Below, piece after piece: positions 59,252 through 64,000 of a stretch of 64,000 nt of DNA. Below the pieces are notes generated by a model, which worked only from the letters and a program-made list of their open reading frames with translations, was not told where the DNA came from and ran no database searches. The DNA lies in NCBI RefSeq assembly GCF_006345805.1, contig NC_043000.1, positions 128,030,001 through 128,094,000 of the forward strand, in the 5' to 3' direction. Origin of the DNA: Octopus sinensis. Its lineage: Eukaryota. The translations under genes and the position numbers were made by a program. Positions within the stretch are counted from its first letter, which is position 1. Each line of letters starts with the position of its first letter.

Positions 59252-59772
59252 CCGTAAATCCTCGAGTATAGTTCGCCCTTGAGTATAATACGCAGGAGAT
59301 TTTTAGGAGGCTGTACCTCTGAAAAACCTAAACTTTGTGTATAATATGCACCCCTTCACTAACCTGAGTCGTGCATAATTAAACCAGCAGCACCTAGTCA
59401 AACAAACACTTCTGTGCATGCGTAATACAATAATGGTGGTGTTCTTAACTGTTATATGGGAATGTAAATTTGATTGCAAATTGTTTTTGTTACATGTTAT
59501 TCTGTGTTCTGAATACTTTTATTTTAATAAATGTTGCTTACTGCAAGTTATGGATGAATCTTTTATGACTTCATTGCTTTCAGGCTTAGCTTAAGGTATT
59601 TTAGCGCCCAACATCACAAAATGCGTCTGAATAAACATTGCCAGATAGCAAATAGGCTCAGACATTGCTAAGAAACTATGTTTCATTTTTAACCTCGTAA
59701 ATAGTACGCACTAGGGATTTTGACCTTTAAATTTTGGGGGAAAAAATGCAGATTATACTCGAGGATTTACGG
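59252..59772. mobile_element. Tc2/Kanga-like TcMar MITE
   Basis: TIRs ccgtaaatcctcgagtata / tatactcgaggatttacgg, TA TSD (59250-59251, 59773-59774). Confidence 0.88.
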
Positions 59773-59904
59773 TATCTCTTTCCTCGAAACTGCTGGCTTT
59801 GTACCAAAATTGGAAAGAATCTTAAGGCTGCAAGTTGGCAGAATTGTTAGCACATCAGACAAAGTGTTTAATGGCATTTCTTCTGGCTCTTTATGTTCTG
59901 AGTT

Positions 59905-60430
59905 CATTTTCATCACTCACTGTCCACTTTCCATGCTGGCATGGGTAGGTCAGCTTGATAGGAACTGGCAAGTCAGAAGATTGCACAAAGCTCTGCTGTT
60001 TTAGTTTGATTTCTATAGCTGGGTGCCCTTCTTATTACCAACCACTTTAAAGAGTGTACTGGGTGCATTTTATGTGGCATCAGCAGCAGTAAGATCACCA
60101 AGTAGCTTGCAGGACAAGCTCTCCTTAATTGAGCTGGAGAGTAGTATTGGGGGACAGAAAAAGGTGTCTTGCATTTGAAGAAAGACATGGCTACCTCAGA
60201 TGCAGGGAGAGAGAAAGATATGACAGAGAGGAAGCAGGGCCACATAACCAAGCTACAGAGTAGTGTATATAGTGGAACAGAGGTGGGTAGGTAGAAGAGT
60301 TCACAAGATTTTGAAAGGAGAGTGGGAGCTGGAGGTTGGGGGAAGGGGGTTTAACAGGGTCATATTGTAGGAAGGTGGATACCTGAGGGGGAAACGGAAA
60401 TGGTGAGCATGGATGGGCTGTAGGGGAGAC
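59905..60430 (-). mobile_element. RTE-family 3' end with purine-rich extension
   Basis: Tail module plus AG-rich segment resembling 48250-48500. Confidence 0.65.
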
Positions 60431-61368
60431 ACACACATAGATATATATGACATTGTTGAAGACATGAAAATTACAAATTAAATAGCCAGTTCTCCCTTAC
60501 CAAAATAGTTTTCAATGGTTGGCACAAAACTACACATTTGGGAGGGTGCGGGGTCAATTCAATTGATTCTAGAACTTGACTGGTACTAATTTTATCACAT
60601 GAGAATGATGAAATGCAAAAGTGACATTGACACTGGATTCACAAATACAATGAGATGTAACTTGATAGTGGAAGCAATTTTTCTGTTCTATTGATTCTGT
60701 TAATCAGACAATTCTGACTTAATTCTTCAAATTTCTAGATTCCTCACCAACAATCCTATTTTTTATCATTATTTTTACTAGGCATGACTGCAAAAGCAAA
60801 TAACTTTACTGTAAAATAAATTAGAAAAAAATATTTTTATAAATCTGATACTTGCTTCTTCATAGACAAAAGTATTCACAAATTAAATGCTAATTTGTAT
60901 CTGCATTGCAAGAAAGTGTAAAATTATTAAGGATATTCTTAGCTATAGTAAATTTCATAGGATTGAAATAAACTTCTTGTTGAAATCAGTGTCCCTTTTT
61001 TTTTTTTTTTCAGGCATAATAATAATGAAATTATTGTATAGTGCTCAGGTGCACCACAACATATTATTAAATAGCCCAGTCTTAATTCATATTAGTATAA
61101 AGAGTTACTTCCCTTGTTCCCATATATCGAACTCCTTTTGTTAACAAATAAACCAGAGAATAACTTTAGATAGATCAAGTCAGTAAATATTTATTTTTAT
61201 AGATTTATAAAACAACAAAAGTAAAAAACACAAAAAATAATGGGTTTTTTTCCGATTCAGTTATTAAATTACGTTTATGTATTTGTTTTGCAAGATTCCT
61301 GATGTGAAATCTTGTGTTGAAACAGATATTGTTATATTTCAGGACGGTCATTACCCCACCCCCTCCAC

Positions 61369-61652
61369 TTGGCCAAATAAACTCGCTACACATTCGTTCA
61401 TCATTTCAGCTTCATTATTGTTCTTATCCTAGTCTCCTTTGTTTCTTATTTTAGTGCTTTTAGTCAGAAATCTTTTATCACACCTCCTGTAACCTCTTCA
61501 ATGACTCTCCATCCCACGTGTCTCCCTTTGTCTGAAATCTTTCATCACACATCCTGCATGACAAAATATTTTAGACAAAGGACAGTAAAATAAGAACAAT
61601 AATGAAGCTGAAGTGATGAACGAATATGTAGCGCATGTGTTTATTTAGCAAA
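61369..61652. mobile_element. MITE with ~60-bp TIRs
   Basis: cgctacacattcgttcatcatttcagcttcattattgttcttat versus ataagaacaataatgaagctgaagtgatgaacgaatatgtagcg; TSD not resolved. Confidence 0.7.
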
Positions 61653-61689
61653 AGGAAAAAAAAAATGACCATCCCAAAATATAATTATG

Positions 61690-62107
61690 TTATTGAATGA
61701 ACAGGAAAGATGTCTTTTTGTACTCTCATCATAAAATTTTTTTTTAATATTAGACATGGAAAATTGATTTCCTACCATGTCTTATAATAATAATGATGAG
61801 AGAGTCATAAAAATTAGGAATTTTTACTAAAAAAAACTTCATTTCTGTATTATGTATATTCACGTCCCAAGGGTTAGGCAAATTTCATAGAATTAGGCAA
61901 TTTATGCCTCAATGTTAGGCAAGTTGGGACATAAATATACATAATACACAATCAAAGTTTTTTTTAATAGAAATTTTTAATTTTTATTACTTTCTCATCA
62001 CTATTATTATAAGACATGGTATGAAATCAATTTTCCACCATGTGTAATATCTTTTTTAAACATTTTATGGTGGGGAAGTACAACAGGAAGTCTTTCCAAT
62101 CAATAAA
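61690..62107. repeat. ~410-bp foldback element with a TTAGGCAA-containing spacer
   Basis: Arms about 61690-61870 and 61924-62107 are reverse complements; TSD not resolved. Confidence 0.75.
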
Positions 62108-63048
62108 CCTTTCTTTTTCAAGAAAAAATTAAATAAATTATATTTTCATGTGAGCTAAAACAAAATCAATCAGGTTTTATGTTATCAACATTGAGCAGTA
62201 AATTTCTTTTTATATAACTGGAAAAAAATATAACGATAATAATTGTTTGTTTCATTTCATATTTTATCAATTTACTTATCTGGACATTCAATGTTTTAGA
62301 AAGAAAAATATATGAATTGAAATGTTTTGTTTTTTTTTACTGTAGAAGTTATTGTTGATTGGTGGCATTTTAAATAAGCAAATTTTGTGTGATTAACAAA
62401 GAAAAAAATGAATTTGAAGAATTGGTTGAGTTAAAAAAATTAAATTTTTCAATAAAAGGCAACCCATTCTTAAAATTTATTTTTTCATTTCTAGCCATTT
62501 AAATTTTTCTATTCCTTTAATATATATGTTTTCATCATTTACTTCTGTTATTATATTCCCACTGAATTTTGCAGTAGCATTGCAGGTAAATGATCTGAGG
62601 AAAGAAAAATTCGATTAAACAAAAGGGGAGATAAACGAGTAGGAATTTGCCAATTGATTGTGTTTACTGCACAAAGCAAGGAAAAGGTATAAGGTAAAAG
62701 AAGTTATTTAGATTAAACACATGTAAATGCCTTGCTGAACATTCCTTGTATCACATAGATTGATACAGTAGACAACCTTGTTAGCTGTTACTGTTTCTTG
62801 TAAAGAGAACTTTATATTTTCTTTTAAATAAAAATGGTATCAAATGAATTGTTAGTTTTCTTTCGTCCTCATCACAAACTCAATGGCATTTTTTAAGAAA
62901 TACCTGAGAATGTTTATAATTAAATAGCTTTGAACATAAATTTTTACATCATTTACTTATATTTTTACCTCCCAACTGAATTTTGCTTAAGCACATACAC
63001 ACTCCTTGTTTTTAAAATCATTAAGTATTACTTTAGAACATTGCTTAA

Positions 63049-63244
63049 CCCTCTAGCATTCTGATTACTCTGACAAATGTAATGCTTATTTATTGACATC
63101 GTGTATTATCTCATAGCTTGAAGATTTTGATGATATAATTGTATATTTTTAAAATGTAGGGTAGGTGTGAGAAACCAGATCTGACTGGTTTGAACATAAA
63201 ACAGAATATTTGGGCCTGATATGGACAGTTTAAATGCTAAAGGG
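63049..63244. mobile_element. piggyBac-type MITE
   Basis: TTAA on both sides (63045-63048, 63245-63248); TIRs ccctctagcatt / aatgctaaaggg. Confidence 0.82.
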
Positions 63245-64000
63245 TTAAACAGCAATGCAATTTCATGACTTTGTTTGTGTGGAGTTTAAGATGTTTGTAA
63301 TAACATTACCACAAGAATCAGAAATGAAATCAAAAGTGTGAGCTTGAAGCAGTCATTTTTGCATGTATCATTCACAAAGGGTTTTAAACAGAAGAACATA
63401 AGGATAAGCATCTTCTTCATTACATATTTCAAAAAATATTCGGACAGTAGATATCTTAAAAAAAAAAAAGGCTCAGTTTACCAGCTGATGATCAGAAATT
63501 AGTAACTCTGACTACTGGAAATTGAAGCCTTTCAGTTATAATGTATTATATAAGTTAATGGAGCTGTGACACTGAACAGCTTCAATATGAATATATTTTT
63601 GTAGCCCAAGTCTTGTTCACATTTCAGAAGCACCTTGTTTTGATATTAAGTATTAGTTTATGAAAATTACCACCACAATGAGACTATGGGACAAGAAAAT
63701 ACTTCAGCATTTGATCAGTTACTGACATTCTATAAAGCTCAAGTTCAACCAACATGATGCTTCTGCTACTCTCTCTCTCTCTTTCACACAAACAAGCTGG
63801 ATGACATTCAAAAATGGTGATTTGGTTGATTGCTAAATAACATTAGTTCAAACATACTGCCTTTTCTTTCTACCTGCTCTACAATAATCTGTACTCCTTT
63901 AACCTAACAAACTGCATACAAGTTCCAGCTAATCTCACCCAAATGGGTCTATCTCTGTTCCTCTCATCACTCTTTAGATCTTAATCCTTCTCAGAACTAC

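Noticed and set aside
53000-64000. Search for a third protein-coding gene, including acceptor-like sites at about 56080 and 57835
   Set aside because: No recognisable coding homology or consistent exon chain; short exons could have been missed

Overview
AT-rich, repeat-dense eukaryotic DNA. The SINE and RTE-LINE families look like those of Octopus (coleoid cephalopod); the organism is inferred, not shown. Two intron-containing genes sit head-to-head, and the ORF track shows only fragments of them. (1) Minus strand: a CFAP70/TTC18 orthologue. I traced 15 coding exons from ATG 40756 down to 4887. All have GT-AG boundaries and a consistent phase chain (1589 nt, about 529 codons). The TPR-containing 3' half presumably lies left of the window. 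(2) Plus strand: a 3-exon gene for a THAP-domain protein of about 633 aa (44258-52764). Its C-terminus resembles the start of a P-element/THAP9 transposase core but stops before the catalytic domain. An RFX X-box lies between the two starts. The rest is layered mobile DNA: mariner/Tc1 copies and MITEs, hAT, Merlin-like, piggyBac-like and Tc2-like MITEs, a Helitron, RTE, HERO, R4/Dong and CR1 LINE remnants, and several tRNA-derived SINE families. The most unusual unexplained structure is a ~480-bp unit at 2040-2536. It holds a tRNA-Met-like cloverleaf between two 129-bp direct repeats, with an inverted 5' tip and an apparent 10-bp TSD. No CRISPR, rRNA or prokaryotic system is present.
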